Source: Porphyridium purpureum (Eukaryota). Taken from it: 64,000 nt of DNA. Made by a program: the position numbers and the translations under genes. Location: the NCBI GenBank assembly GCA_008690995.1, contig VRMN01000002.1:868001-932000 (forward strand). Direction: 5' to 3'. Numbering within the stretch: the stretch's first letter is position 1; each line of letters starts with the position of its first letter. Positions 10,578 through 21,016 of this stretch are shown here, in pieces. Under the pieces are notes generated by a model. The model had not been told where the DNA came from, did not search any database, and was given only the letters and a program-made list of their open reading frames with translations.

Positions 10578-11816
10578 TTAGTCTGCAAACACGCTTGGTG
10601 ACGTGAGCAGAAAAAAGATCTGAATGAGGTTGAGCACGATACAGACAACGATAAGCGCAATGACAATCCACTCCAGTCGGTGGTTGTTGCTAATATGCCG
10701 CTCGTCACGAAATAGCGCGTACATACTCTCGACAACGCTGAGCCGCTTGTTCAACACGGAAACGCGCGCCTTGCAATCCAGGTACTTTTGCGTCCGGTCA
10801 AACACCGGTACGTACGCACTATTGTCCCAGAACCAGTCGGGCACCACGTCCAGGACGTCAGTCTGAAGGTTGATGTATGCACTATACGTGTACAACTCAC
10901 CCGACAGTATCAAAAGCTGGCGATCTGAAATGCGCAGCGTGCCCGTCTTGGCGAGCTCTACGGGGTATGTCTCGACGCGCTTGAAAATTCCCTCCACAGC
11001 CGACTCAAAACTACTCAGTTTGATAGATTGCGCAATCGCATGCGTGCATGCCAACTTGCAGTGCAAGAGCTCGGCTAGAGTTTGGGTGGCAGAGAAAAAA
11101 AACGCGTCGTTTTCGATTCGAAAGCTCTGGCTCGGAGATGCCACATTCATCTCATCCACAACGCCCATGGCCAGCGTGGCGTCCTGCTCGCTCTCCAGTA
11201 CAAGGGGCGTTGGCGTCGGAGGTACAAAGTAGGTGTAGTCGTACCCATCAAACTCCACTTCCTGCTCGAGCCTGCCAATTTCAAAATTCTTCATGACATC
11301 TAGCAGCTGCCACTCGGCGCCCTCTGAAAAGCCCCACGAGATCATGACGCCATACTCAAAGATGAACAGCTCGCCAGCGCCTGCGTGCGCATCTTCGACG
11401 CCGATCCACCAGAGCGTGTCCTGTATTGTGGATGCCTGCATTTGCTTGCGCACATGCAGCAGGTCGCGGGAACACCGTCGGGCCTCCCATTCGGGCGCCA
11501 GCTCAAAGTAATGCAACACGTCCTTGAGGTTGAATGTGTTGCACGTGCAAAACGCTGACAGGCGGCCTGTCCATTGGTGCAGAGGAAGAATTTCCTGCTC
11601 GACACCAACCTGTGTTTTGAGCACGGGCGCGGCCGGCTTCGCAGGCGCCCCCTTGACGCGATCCAAGCGCGTCTTTGCGCCCGCCGCAAAGCGCGACGTC
11701 GAGATCGAGTTGGCCAGATCAGGCGCGCGCGCTACGCTCTGCCCTAATCCCACATTAGACGACGGCGCACGCGCATGCGTATATGTAGCCACTGCATTAT
11801 GTCCTGTTGTCCCCAT
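10578..11816 (-). CDS. RMD1/DUF155 family protein
   Basis: AFCTCNTFNL, FIFEYGVMISWGFS, HAIAQSIKLSSFE, RVSVLNKRL, LEWIVIALI. Confidence 0.9.
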   Translation of the reverse strand: MGTTGHNAVATYTHARAPSSNVGLGQSVARAPDLANSISTSRFAAGAKTRLDRVKGAPAKPAAPVLKTQVGVEQEILPLHQWTGRLSAFCTCNTFNLKDVLHYFELAPEWEARRCSRDLLHVRKQMQASTIQDTLWWIGVEDAHAGAGELFIFEYGVMISWGFSEGAEWQLLDVMKNFEIGRLEQEVEFDGYDYTYFVPPTPTPLVLESEQDATLAMGVVDEMNVASPSQSFRIENDAFFFSATQTLAELLHCKLACTHAIAQSIKLSSFESAVEGIFKRVETYPVELAKTGTLRISDRQLLILSGELYTYSAYINLQTDVLDVVPDWFWDNSAYVPVFDRTQKYLDCKARVSVLNKRLSVVESMYALFRDERHISNNHRLEWIVIALIVVCIVLNLIQIFFLLTSPSVFAD

Positions 11817-12199
11817 GGAGACCTGCCGTCGCGTTTGTACATCCACACTCTGGCTTTGCTCTCTCTCTCTCTCTCTCTTTCCTCAGCCACGCACATTCGT
11901 CCTGTCCGCCTCTTCGCCCCAACCGCCTTTTGCGCCACAACAAGCCGAATCTGGACGGTTAAACCGATTAACCAAGTTGAACTGAGGTACAGTAAATTGA
12001 TTCAAACACGCGCCTTTTCGTTTTTGATAGTGTTCAGCGCTTGGTAAGATAAACCGATAAAGATGGAATGAGCAAATCGGTCTAACGGTTCGGTTCAAAG
12101 AGAGAAAAGGATTCGAGTCGGAGCGCGTTTGCGCGCGTTGCGGCAACGTGGAACAAGGCTAGAGAGAGAGAGAGAGAGAAAGAGAGAGAAAGAGGTGGG

Positions 12200-13405
12200 A
12201 TGGGTTCCGAAAAGGATGGTACGGCATCGCCAGGGATGGCGCAGCAGGTAAAGCCGTCATGGGGTACACGGATTCTGAATGGCGCTGCGTCTGGACTGAG
12301 CTCGCCGTTTGGCAGCCGCAAGAACTCGTCCGCGCAGAGGTTGTCGCTCATGGATAAGGACGCGCCGCGGCACCCGCTTGCTTTGCCCACGGGCGGGATG
12401 GGCTGTGATCAGCAGCAGTTGGCGGAACAGCGCGGCCTCGCTATGGTGGTTGTCAAGCAAATTGGCATGAACGTGCTTCGTGGAAAGGACCTCCTGTATG
12501 TCACCTTTCCAATGTCCACGGCTGAGCCGCGCACGGCGCTCCAGAAGTTTGCTCTCTCTTGCTCTTTGGCGCCCGATCTGCTGCAAAAGGCCGCCGACAC
12601 TTCTGATCCCGTCGCGCGCATCAAGTTGGTCATGGCGTTCTACGTTGCAGGAATGTCCATGACCTCGGGCATCAAGAAGCCGCTCAACCCGTTGCTGGGC
12701 GAGACGCTCGAAGCGCAGCTCGATCATCAAACCATGCTTTACATGGAACAAACCAGCCATCATCCACCGGTGTCGAGCTGGGTACTGCGCGGGCGCGGAT
12801 ATCAATACTACGGCTACATGAATTACGAAGCGCGCTTCGGGCTCAATGAAGTCAAGCTCATGCACAGTGGCGGGCGCCGGATCGACTTTGCGGATGGGTC
12901 ATCGGTCTCATTCACGAATCCATGGGACAGCTTTTCCGGCGTGTTGTTTGGTACATACACGCATAACACGTACGGCTCGGTGCTCTTCTCGGATGAGAAA
13001 AATCATATCTCTTGTGAGCTCAAGTTTGGCGACTCGAAGAATGAGCTGAGCGACTTTTTCTCGGGCACCATTTGCCGCGATGCAGACACGCCGCAGGATG
13101 AGCAGCTCGGCATCGTTACGGGCTCATGGCTGTCCTACTTTGATTGCGACGGTGAGCGGGTCTGGACGATCAACAAGCATCACATGTACACGGCACATCC
13201 GCTTTCCAATATTTTGCCGTCAGACTCGTCACGACGGCCTGATTTGATGCTGTTTTTGGACGGAAAGTTGGAAGAGGCTGCGGATGCCAAAATTGCGTTG
13301 GAAGAAAGACAGCGCAATGACCGCAAGCTGAGACAAGCTGCCTCCACCAGCTCTGGAATTCATGGCTCCGCGTCATCAAATAGCTTGCGGAAGGATGACG
13401 GTTGA
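12200..13405 (+). CDS. Oxysterol-binding protein-related protein (short, ORD only)
   Basis: KKPLNPLLGET, EQTSHHPP signature, LPSDSSRRPD, LEERQRNDRKLR. Confidence 0.92.
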   Translation: MGSEKDGTASPGMAQQVKPSWGTRILNGAASGLSSPFGSRKNSSAQRLSLMDKDAPRHPLALPTGGMGCDQQQLAEQRGLAMVVVKQIGMNVLRGKDLLYVTFPMSTAEPRTALQKFALSCSLAPDLLQKAADTSDPVARIKLVMAFYVAGMSMTSGIKKPLNPLLGETLEAQLDHQTMLYMEQTSHHPPVSSWVLRGRGYQYYGYMNYEARFGLNEVKLMHSGGRRIDFADGSSVSFTNPWDSFSGVLFGTYTHNTYGSVLFSDEKNHISCELKFGDSKNELSDFFSGTICRDADTPQDEQLGIVTGSWLSYFDCDGERVWTINKHHMYTAHPLSNILPSDSSRRPDLMLFLDGKLEEAADAKIALEERQRNDRKLRQAASTSSGIHGSASSNSLRKDDG

Positions 13406-13672
13406 GAAGAAATCATTAAAGACAGGAATCCATTTATTTAGATTCCGCCGGTTTTGACGTGCGCGCATGGCTTTTGTCAGGAAATACTCCGCCCCCACCC
13501 TCCTCCTCTAAAACCACTGGACAGAAGCCTCACGCCGCCGTGCGCGACAGTGTCTCCACACAGTATAAATCCATCAGGGCTCTGCTCTGCACGGCGCACG
13601 AGCTGCAAGGCTTATCCGCAGCCCCTCACCACCTCACACGGCAGCCAAAGAAAAAGCAGAGCAAAAGCCACG

Positions 13673-15731
13673 CTAAATGCTGCCCAGGGCGAATTTGAGG
13701 TCGGCCAGCTCCAACTCCAGGCAACCATCGAGCTCGCGCAACCGATCCCCGGCCATGGGTTCGCGACGCACTTGCTGTTCTTTGAGAGGGATCCATTCGT
13801 TGTACAAATCCACTAAGTTTGAGACGTGCGTGAAAAAGACCGGGCTCGCAACGTCCGCTTCGAGCGACTTCACGGCAGAGCGCAACGCACCTAGTTCCAA
13901 GACGAGTGCGTGGCTCTTTTCTTCAAAGAATTGGAGCTGATCAGGGATGGAAATGCCTGCGGCCAGCGTATGTAGAGCTGCGCTCACTCGCATCACACCT
14001 TCACAAAGTGCGGCAAACTGCCCTTTCTCCTTGGCGTACACTGGATGTGTCATGCGCACAGCGTCGGCCGGTGTGATAATGAGGACATCGCTCATATATC
14101 CCAGCAGTATCCACGCCACGAATCCAAGCAGGATAAATGAAATGATCATAAATGGACCCAGGAGAAGGCTGAGCGGACTGAATCGATATTCTACCACAAC
14201 GCTTGGCGCGACGCTGAGACCGGTCAGGACAGTACCCATGTGTAGTTCAAGAACAGGTCGGCCTTTGAAGGCCAGCGTCGCGGGATTGCGCCCAAAATCG
14301 ATTGTCTCAACGTCGAGTCCGTTGACGAATGCATCGTACGCATGACTGCCTTCCGGAAGTGAAACCGCAACAACCAGGTCATCTATCAGGATCGAGGACG
14401 CGTCTATCGTGGGTGCAACTATACCCACAAGCTGAAAGCGAGTACTTTCACCAACGCATTGGGATAAAAGCGAAGACGCAGGAAGATCATAAGAAATCCA
14501 GAATGCATTCTTCCAGCCACCAAACAACGGGAACCGTAGCGTTGCATCGAAAATGCGCGTACGCACGCCCGGCTTGTGCAACGTTGAGCTGGTCACGTTA
14601 CCGTCCCAATCACGGTAATACACATTGGATGCGTCAGGCGGGAGCCGGAATCGCAGCTTTGGTACCGAATTAAAGTGTTGCCCTCGATCATAATCGACGC
14701 GCGAATTCTGACCGCGCAACGCGGTGCCAAAGTTTCGCAAATCGTACTCCTCGCGCACGTTCACATTACCCCAGTGAGAAACCGTGAATATCTTGCGGAA
14801 CGAGTCGAGCTTGAGCAACGGGCTATTGCCCGACACCAGCACGCGCACGGGCGTATACGTGTACGGTTGAACGCCTGCAAGCACGTTGCGTGAGACAATT
14901 CCGGTCGAAATCTTCTTGACATCATTGCTGTCACTTCGCACCGCGTCTATAGTCCACCCGGAGGCCGTTTTGAGCTCGAGAGCGTCCTGTAAAGTCACGT
15001 ACGGAGAAAAGAATTCAGAGGAAACGTCAAACTTGAGCACTTGCTTTGAAGTCTGTACGTTTGATTCTGGAACGGGTTTCAGCGCTTGGCCAAACCCGTA
15101 CTTGATGATCAGCGTGCGCTCCTCGCCGGGCATCAGGGGCTCTGTCAATGCGAATGAGTAGAGCTGCGCACCATGATCACGATCCTCCTCCACAGTCTTA
15201 CTCAGAAGACGTCGTTGACCGTCTGCATCCGTGAAGCAGTCGGTGTGCTCACAGGCTTGCAGAAAATGCAGCGCCTCCGCATCTGACGGATGAATCGCCA
15301 CACGATACGCAGCGATGCTTTGGTCTGGAAATTGATTCTGCACAGTGCATTGCACCATCATGGTCAATACCATCTTATCGAGCTTCTGAAAGTGACCAAA
15401 ACGCGCAAGAAACAACCCGATGAAACACAGATCACGGAGCGATCAAATCAAAAAGGCACAGAAGAAGGGCAAGAGACGCCTGTTAGTGATCACACTTCTT
15501 GCTGGAAAACTGGAGATCTAGCACTCCCACATGACAGCAAATGACTCACTGCGCGCGAGTACCGTGCCGGAAAGGACAAAAAAGTGAGACGCAAGCAAAG
15601 CAAGTGAGGAGCATAAGACATACCACTGCACGACGCACATCGAGATTCACCAGCTGGGCGTGTGCATTACCCGCGACGGCTAGGACCGCAAGTAGGGCCG
15701 AGACGATTTTGAGGGCGCGTGGAGCCCACAT
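13673..15731 (-). CDS. RPN1: Ribophorin I (OST subunit 1); 2 exons (15731-15624 signal peptide, 15385-13673)
   Basis: VSHWGNVNVREEY, SRVDY, YYRDWDGNVTSS, RFPLFGGWK; signal-peptide exon joined in phase 0 by intron GTATGT...CACTAAC...TTTCAG. Confidence 0.92.
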
Positions 15732-16309
15732 GATCTGGACAGACCTGTGCGTGAGCTTGACGCGCCGTTTGCTACTTCCTCCCCAGCCCGATTCCCCGTC
15801 CACAGCGATTAAACACAGCAGCGACGCCACGCGATCACCAGCGCCCTTTTTTTTTTTTCTTCTTCATGAAAAGTACAGTAGACAAGTTAGTAGTGTTCAG
15901 TGAATTCCATGCAACGACCATGAGCTGCCGGGGTGTGGGTTTGTCTTGACGATGGATGAAAGATGGAGGTCTCTGACGTCTTCGCGTGGAGTCTCGCAAG
16001 ATCGCGCCACGATCTATACGTGATTCCAATACACTCGCGAGCTTTTCGTTCGAAAACGAAAGCTTGGATACGACGTGTGCGAAATGACAAGGATGACGTC
16101 ATCATCCACGAGCGCAGAGAAGCCATGCTTGTAGGCAGTGCTGAGCAAAGCGGTGACGATGCCTACTGAGCCTGACAATCCAACACTCGCACAGGATTTG
16201 TCCACAAAAAGCCATGAACGTGAGGTGTATCAGACCCATACGGGGATGTGTCTCACGGCGTGATCCGATGCGTGGCCGGGTGACAATATTGAAAACACAT
16301 CACATTCAA

Positions 16310-16885
16310 TCACGTAGGAATTGTGCGCACAGACTTATCATACACAATGCGCTCGACCTTGACGTCATCGTGGATCAGCATGTATGTGTAGGTTACGATG
16401 CGCGAACCCTGCAGGTCCATGAGGACAAAGCTGGGGATCCCACTGCTCGGGAAGTACGTATTGTTCGTGCCGGTGGCGGATCCTGGGCAGACAAGTAAGC
16501 CGCCGTCCTCCGGCTGGGTGATCTTGCACTCTGGCTGGAAGCCCGTAATCAGCACGTCCACGCCCATGTCACGCTTGAGCGCGATGGCGGCATGCGAATC
16601 AGAGTACGGAATGAGCTGGTGTCCGTGTATCAAGCCCAAAGACACGCCTGCGATTGAAACAACGAGGCGATCAGGATACTCCTGCGTCACATCCAAGTCG
16701 CCACGCGTGATGAACACCTCTGCGCCGAGTGACACAAAAAACTCCTCGACCTCGCGCGTGTTCAGGTTGCCCGTGACAAACACATACTGTATCTTCCCCG
16801 GCACGAGCATTCGCTGGAACTTTTCCGGAAGCGCCGCGGCACCGTACGGAACGTTCAAGTCCCCAATCGCCAATACAAGGACCAT
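16310..16885 (-). CDS. VPS29: Vacuolar protein sorting 29 (retromer)
   Basis: LVLAIGDL, LVPGKIQ, GLIHGHQ, PGSATG, PSFVLMDLQ, VKVERI. Confidence 0.95.
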   Translation of the reverse strand: MVLVLAIGDLNVPYGAAALPEKFQRMLVPGKIQYVFVTGNLNTREVEEFFVSLGAEVFITRGDLDVTQEYPDRLVVSIAGVSLGLIHGHQLIPYSDSHAAIALKRDMGVDVLITGFQPECKITQPEDGGLLVCPGSATGTNNTYFPSSGIPSFVLMDLQGSRIVTYTYMLIHDDVKVERIVYDKSVRTIPT

Positions 16886-17182
16886 CCTTTCCCTCTAACC
16901 CACCCTTCGCTCTTCGTGTGTCTTCCCTCTCCCTCCCCGCTCCTTGGCACGAGTTCCCCTTTCCGCTTCAACTGTACCCTACTTGGGAAGAACGTGTTGC
17001 GTACACGACTTTCTACTGAAACCAGGTCGGTTTATCATTTTCTTTACTGGATGGGTGAGAGGAGAGCTGAAGGGCGGGTGGCAGAGACGGGAAAGGGAAG
17101 AGAGCAAGAGGGAGAGAGGGAAAAGTTTTGTGTTGAAGAGAAGGGGGTTAAGGGAGGGGTTGGAAAAGGGGTGCCAGGAAGG

Positions 17183-17413
17183 ATGCCGGCGATAAAGAAG
17201 CTCCCGAAAGTGCGCGGCGTTGTGACGTACAGCATCTCGCCGTACGAGCAGCGGCCGTTCGCGGACGTGTTTGACACGCAGTTCATGATGACCAAGCTCA
17301 GGAGAAAGATCACCGAGAACTGGGAGTGGATTCCAAACTTCTTGATCCTCGCCGGCGTGATTTCGTACGCCAAGGCCGAGAATAAGCGCGAGAAGGACTC
17401 GCATCGCTTTTGA
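17183..17413 (+). CDS. QCR8: Cytochrome b-c1 complex subunit 8
   Basis: KVRGVVTYSISPYEQRPF, one TM segment, 76 aa. Confidence 0.9.
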   Translation: MPAIKKLPKVRGVVTYSISPYEQRPFADVFDTQFMMTKLRRKITENWEWIPNFLILAGVISYAKAENKREKDSHRF

Positions 17414-17718
17414 ACGCGTGCGGTCGCCGTCGGATGTGCGGCTCGCGTGATCGCACGGTTCGCTGCGGGTCCCTGATGCGGTGCAACACGCAGCTCCCGC
17501 ACCGAGACAATCCAAGTATTCGCATGGAGGGAACAAGCTTGCTTGGTCGTGGAATCTCCCACTCTCTTTCGAGAACTTGAGCGCGTCGACCGGTCCGGTG
17601 ATTGACGTTGAATCGTGTTTCTTGTTCGCGGAAATGAGTGCTCCGTCCAGAAATATATGTGTTTATTTGTTCCAAATCTCAGTTTAATGATGCCAGCCAG
17701 CGGTTTCCTACAAGCCAT

Positions 17719-19389
17719 TCACAGGGCTTCCTGGAAGCGGCTCAGGCGTCTCCAACCCTTGCCATCCCACATTTGTAGTTCGATGCAAAGCCTCTTGAAG
17801 GCACGCATCCAGGTCTTCTCCATGTTGAAAAGCACGCCGTCCACCAGAATCACGATGCGTTTCTTCCATTCTCGATCATAGAGGGCGCTGGGCGCCGTTT
17901 CAGCCACGAACCCGATTGTATCAATCACCTCTTCGTCGTCATGCGCCACAGCGTCGGTAAGCTCGCGTAGGTCGTAAGACACAGCGGCAACGCTACTCGG
18001 AACAAAATGAGATACCCCAACAAGCGCCGAGATAGATGAATCGATGGCTGAATACTGAGCATCCCACCTGTCTGCTGAAATGGTGCTTATAGCATTGTTG
18101 CGCGTGTGTTGCCGCTCGATACGCATCTTTCGTTTTTCCTCGAGCCATCTTTCAAAGCTGCCAAGCGACTCGCTTTGAGGACGCGACGGAGCAAGCATTT
18201 TCAGATTTCTCACAGCCTTGTGCGTCGAGGATGCGGTCAAAAGTAATCCACTCGCCGTGACTACTCCGACTGCGGCTTTGGTCAGCACGACCGCGCCAAG
18301 AGCAGAGAGAAAAACCGTGCCGCCAAGCACCGCTCCTGCGCCCCATGTTGCGGGGAGCACCCACTGCGTGTCAACGCCAACGTTCGCGGCCGTTTCGGCG
18401 CTTTTCGGATGGCGCGGGATCTCTTTGTGGCTTGTGCGAGATGGGGCGGTGCGCTTCTCACTCGCCATGGCCCGCGGCAAAAGAGCCGCGATCGACTTGA
18501 CTGGCCCAATGGCGTAGACCTCGATATCGCGCCTGCCGCGCTGCACTATTTTGGCGACAGTTTGAACATTCGGAGACCTCGGCGTGTCCGGCTGCAGTCT
18601 CTTGCGAAGACCGTCCTTGTACTGGAGCTTTGCCGTTCGGTTCTCCTTCTCATACTGCATGGGCAAGGATCGGCTCTCAGAGGACACGGATGGCTGCCAT
18701 CGAAACCCTTTCAATCGCTTCAAAGGGTGGTTGTCACGAGGGACAGGGGCGAGATGCTGAAGCGTCTCTGAAACCGACTCGGCCATTCGCGCAAGTATGA
18801 GGCCAGATTGTTGGAGTGGGTTTGGGACTTCGGCAGGACGCCCACCACCCGTTCCTCCGGCTGCTAGATCTGAGACTGAATCCCGATTCTTCGGCGTCGA
18901 TCGAACACCAGGGAGCACTAGCTTGGCCCGCTGCTGAATCTCCGAAGCTGAGTACAGGGTCAAGTCGATGAGGAATTCCACTTCGGTCGAGAACTCGCGC
19001 GCAACTGTCGCCACCCTTTCCCGCATCGTGATGGCCAGCTGGAACGCTGCCTCTAAGCTCTGACTCTTTATGCGTCCATCCGAGTCCGTGCCTGGGCTTC
19101 CTACTGATGTGGCGCTCCCCGCTGACCGACGCGATGGCTCATCCGCGCTGTGAGTTGCGCCCGGCCGCGCATAATGCACCTCATAGCCATCATCTCCCTG
19201 TCCATGCAGACGCACCACAAACTCACCACGCACGCGCCCGCACGCATGTTTACCTTGTCGAAGACGCGAGCGAGCTACCACGAACGTCGGAGGCACGTCG
19301 CCACATGACGCCTGTGTCCGTGGTCGCACACACACTGACACCTGACCCGCCTCCAGGCCTCCCGCGCCGCCGACCAGCGACACAAACAT
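17719..19389 (-). CDS. Hypothetical protein: plastid transit-like N-terminus, hydrophobic hairpin, short HAD-motif-like C-terminus
   Basis: Long ORF starting MFVSLVG; IVILVDGVLFNMEK resembles a degenerate HAD motif I. Confidence 0.6.
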   Translation of the reverse strand: MFVSLVGGAGGLEAGQVSVCVRPRTQASCGDVPPTFVVARSRLRQGKHACGRVRGEFVVRLHGQGDDGYEVHYARPGATHSADEPSRRSAGSATSVGSPGTDSDGRIKSQSLEAAFQLAITMRERVATVAREFSTEVEFLIDLTLYSASEIQQRAKLVLPGVRSTPKNRDSVSDLAAGGTGGGRPAEVPNPLQQSGLILARMAESVSETLQHLAPVPRDNHPLKRLKGFRWQPSVSSESRSLPMQYEKENRTAKLQYKDGLRKRLQPDTPRSPNVQTVAKIVQRGRRDIEVYAIGPVKSIAALLPRAMASEKRTAPSRTSHKEIPRHPKSAETAANVGVDTQWVLPATWGAGAVLGGTVFLSALGAVVLTKAAVGVVTASGLLLTASSTHKAVRNLKMLAPSRPQSESLGSFERWLEEKRKMRIERQHTRNNAISTISADRWDAQYSAIDSSISALVGVSHFVPSSVAAVSYDLRELTDAVAHDDEEVIDTIGFVAETAPSALYDREWKKRIVILVDGVLFNMEKTWMRAFKRLCIELQMWDGKGWRRLSRFQEAL

Positions 19390-19856
19390 TTTGTGCGGCG
19401 CGGTCAAGGCCACACCGACGCTGAGCACGGCGCTGATGACACTCGTTGAGAAACGTCACGCGCCTCTCCTGCCTGTTCTGCCGGCTGCCTTTATGCAGTC
19501 AGCTTTCAACAGCAAAGTTCAAAAGCGTGAAACGGGAGATGCAGGGGGTACAGCGTGCGAGTCGCTGTACGTTTTGTCCGGACATTTCGCTGCGCCACTG
19601 CGAACCGACAACCCAACCAGCACGTTTATCAGTCCAAGCATTAAGCATCCAACTTGTCCGAGCCGCATTCGCTGCGCAACTCCTCACGTGACCAACCACG
19701 CTCCGCGTCACGCTTCATGCGCAGGTCGCACACCACCAGACTCGTACTCCCACGCTCTCGCCCGATGCCCAACAATCGCACCTCCCAACCTGCAGGTGCC
19801 TATCGGTTGGTTGTTGCCGGTTTAACAGTTCCCGGTTCATGGCTAACCGAAAGCCG

Positions 19857-20930
19857 TTAAGCCGTTAACCGACCTGCCACTGTTTCATGAATTGGCGCTC
19901 GCTGCACCGCATCAAGCTGTTGCTCGAGCGCGAGCTTGTGTGCTGCAGGTAGCAAGGAAGCTTGGATGGCATTGCGCAGAAGCGTGTGGATGACGCGCTG
20001 ATCGACAAAGTCAAACGCTCGGATGACTGCCTCGAAATTGTCATTGATGTACCCGCCAAAGTAGGCTGGGTCGTCGCTGTTGATGGTCACACACAGGCCC
20101 GCGTCAAGCATGTCGCGAAGCGGCAGCTCGGCCACAACAGCCACCACGCCCAATTTCAGGTTGGACAGAGGGCAAACGGTCAGTGGGATGCGCGCGTCCG
20201 CAAGGCGCTTCATGACCATTGGGTCATCTACACATCGAATGCCGTGGTCGATGCGGCGACATTGCAGCAGGTCAAGCGCCTCACTTATGTATTCGGCGGG
20301 GCCTTCTTCGCCCGCATGCGCCACGCAGTCCAGGCCGAGACCCCGAGCGTGCTCGTACACGCGCTGGAAAAGGTGTGGCGGAAATCCCCGTTCTGAACTG
20401 TCCAGACCCACTGCTTGAATCGAATCCACGAACGGCTTGGCAAGATTCAATGTGGTAATCGCGTCTTCCTCCGGCAAATGGCGTAAAAAGCACATGATCA
20501 GTAGTACCGACATCCCAAACTCGGTCTGCGCGTTCCGGATCGCCCGTAGAAATCCACCCATAAATACCTCGAATGGAATGCGTCTCTGTAAATGTGTCTG
20601 CGGGTCAAAAAAGATTTCGGCGTGTACCACATGTTCGTCACGACATTTCGCCAAATATCTCGACATCAGCTCGTAAAAGTCGTCCTCATCCTGCAAGACC
20701 CGCGCGCCGAGATAGTAGATGTCCAGAAAACTCTGCAGGTCCGTAAAGCTATACGCAGCGCGGAGCTCATGCACACTCTGGTACGGTGCCAAGTCTACGC
20801 CGTTCTTTGCTGCCAGCTTAAACACGAGCTCCGGCTCCAACGTGCCTTCTATGTGAACATGCAGCTCGACCTTTGGTGCCGCACGCGCATATGCGATCGC
20901 ACGCGCCACGCGCTCTTCGTCTGCATTCAT
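19857..20930 (-). CDS. Adenine/adenosine deaminase (AAH1 / bacterial adenine deaminase type)
   Basis: PKVELHVHIEGTLEP, FLDIYY, EIFFDPQTH, AHAGEE, RIDHG, TVCPLSN, NSDDPAYFGG. Confidence 0.93.
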   Translation of the reverse strand: MNADEERVARAIAYARAAPKVELHVHIEGTLEPELVFKLAAKNGVDLAPYQSVHELRAAYSFTDLQSFLDIYYLGARVLQDEDDFYELMSRYLAKCRDEHVVHAEIFFDPQTHLQRRIPFEVFMGGFLRAIRNAQTEFGMSVLLIMCFLRHLPEEDAITTLNLAKPFVDSIQAVGLDSSERGFPPHLFQRVYEHARGLGLDCVAHAGEEGPAEYISEALDLLQCRRIDHGIRCVDDPMVMKRLADARIPLTVCPLSNLKLGVVAVVAELPLRDMLDAGLCVTINSDDPAYFGGYINDNFEAVIRAFDFVDQRVIHTLLRNAIQASLLPAAHKLALEQQLDAVQRAPIHETVAGRLTA

Positions 20931-21016
20931 GATTTGGTGTTGTCCTCCTTCTCTGGTCTAACATTTGTTGAAACTCCGCAAACTCCTCGACGATCGCCGG
21001 TACTCCGCGCACTCGG

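Noticed and set aside
15840..16300. Possible ncRNA or UTR intron (hairpin ~16040-16066, palindrome gatgacgtcatc, minus-strand TACTAAC ~15890)
   Set aside because: No convincing C/D, H/ACA or snRNA layout and no clear splice donor.
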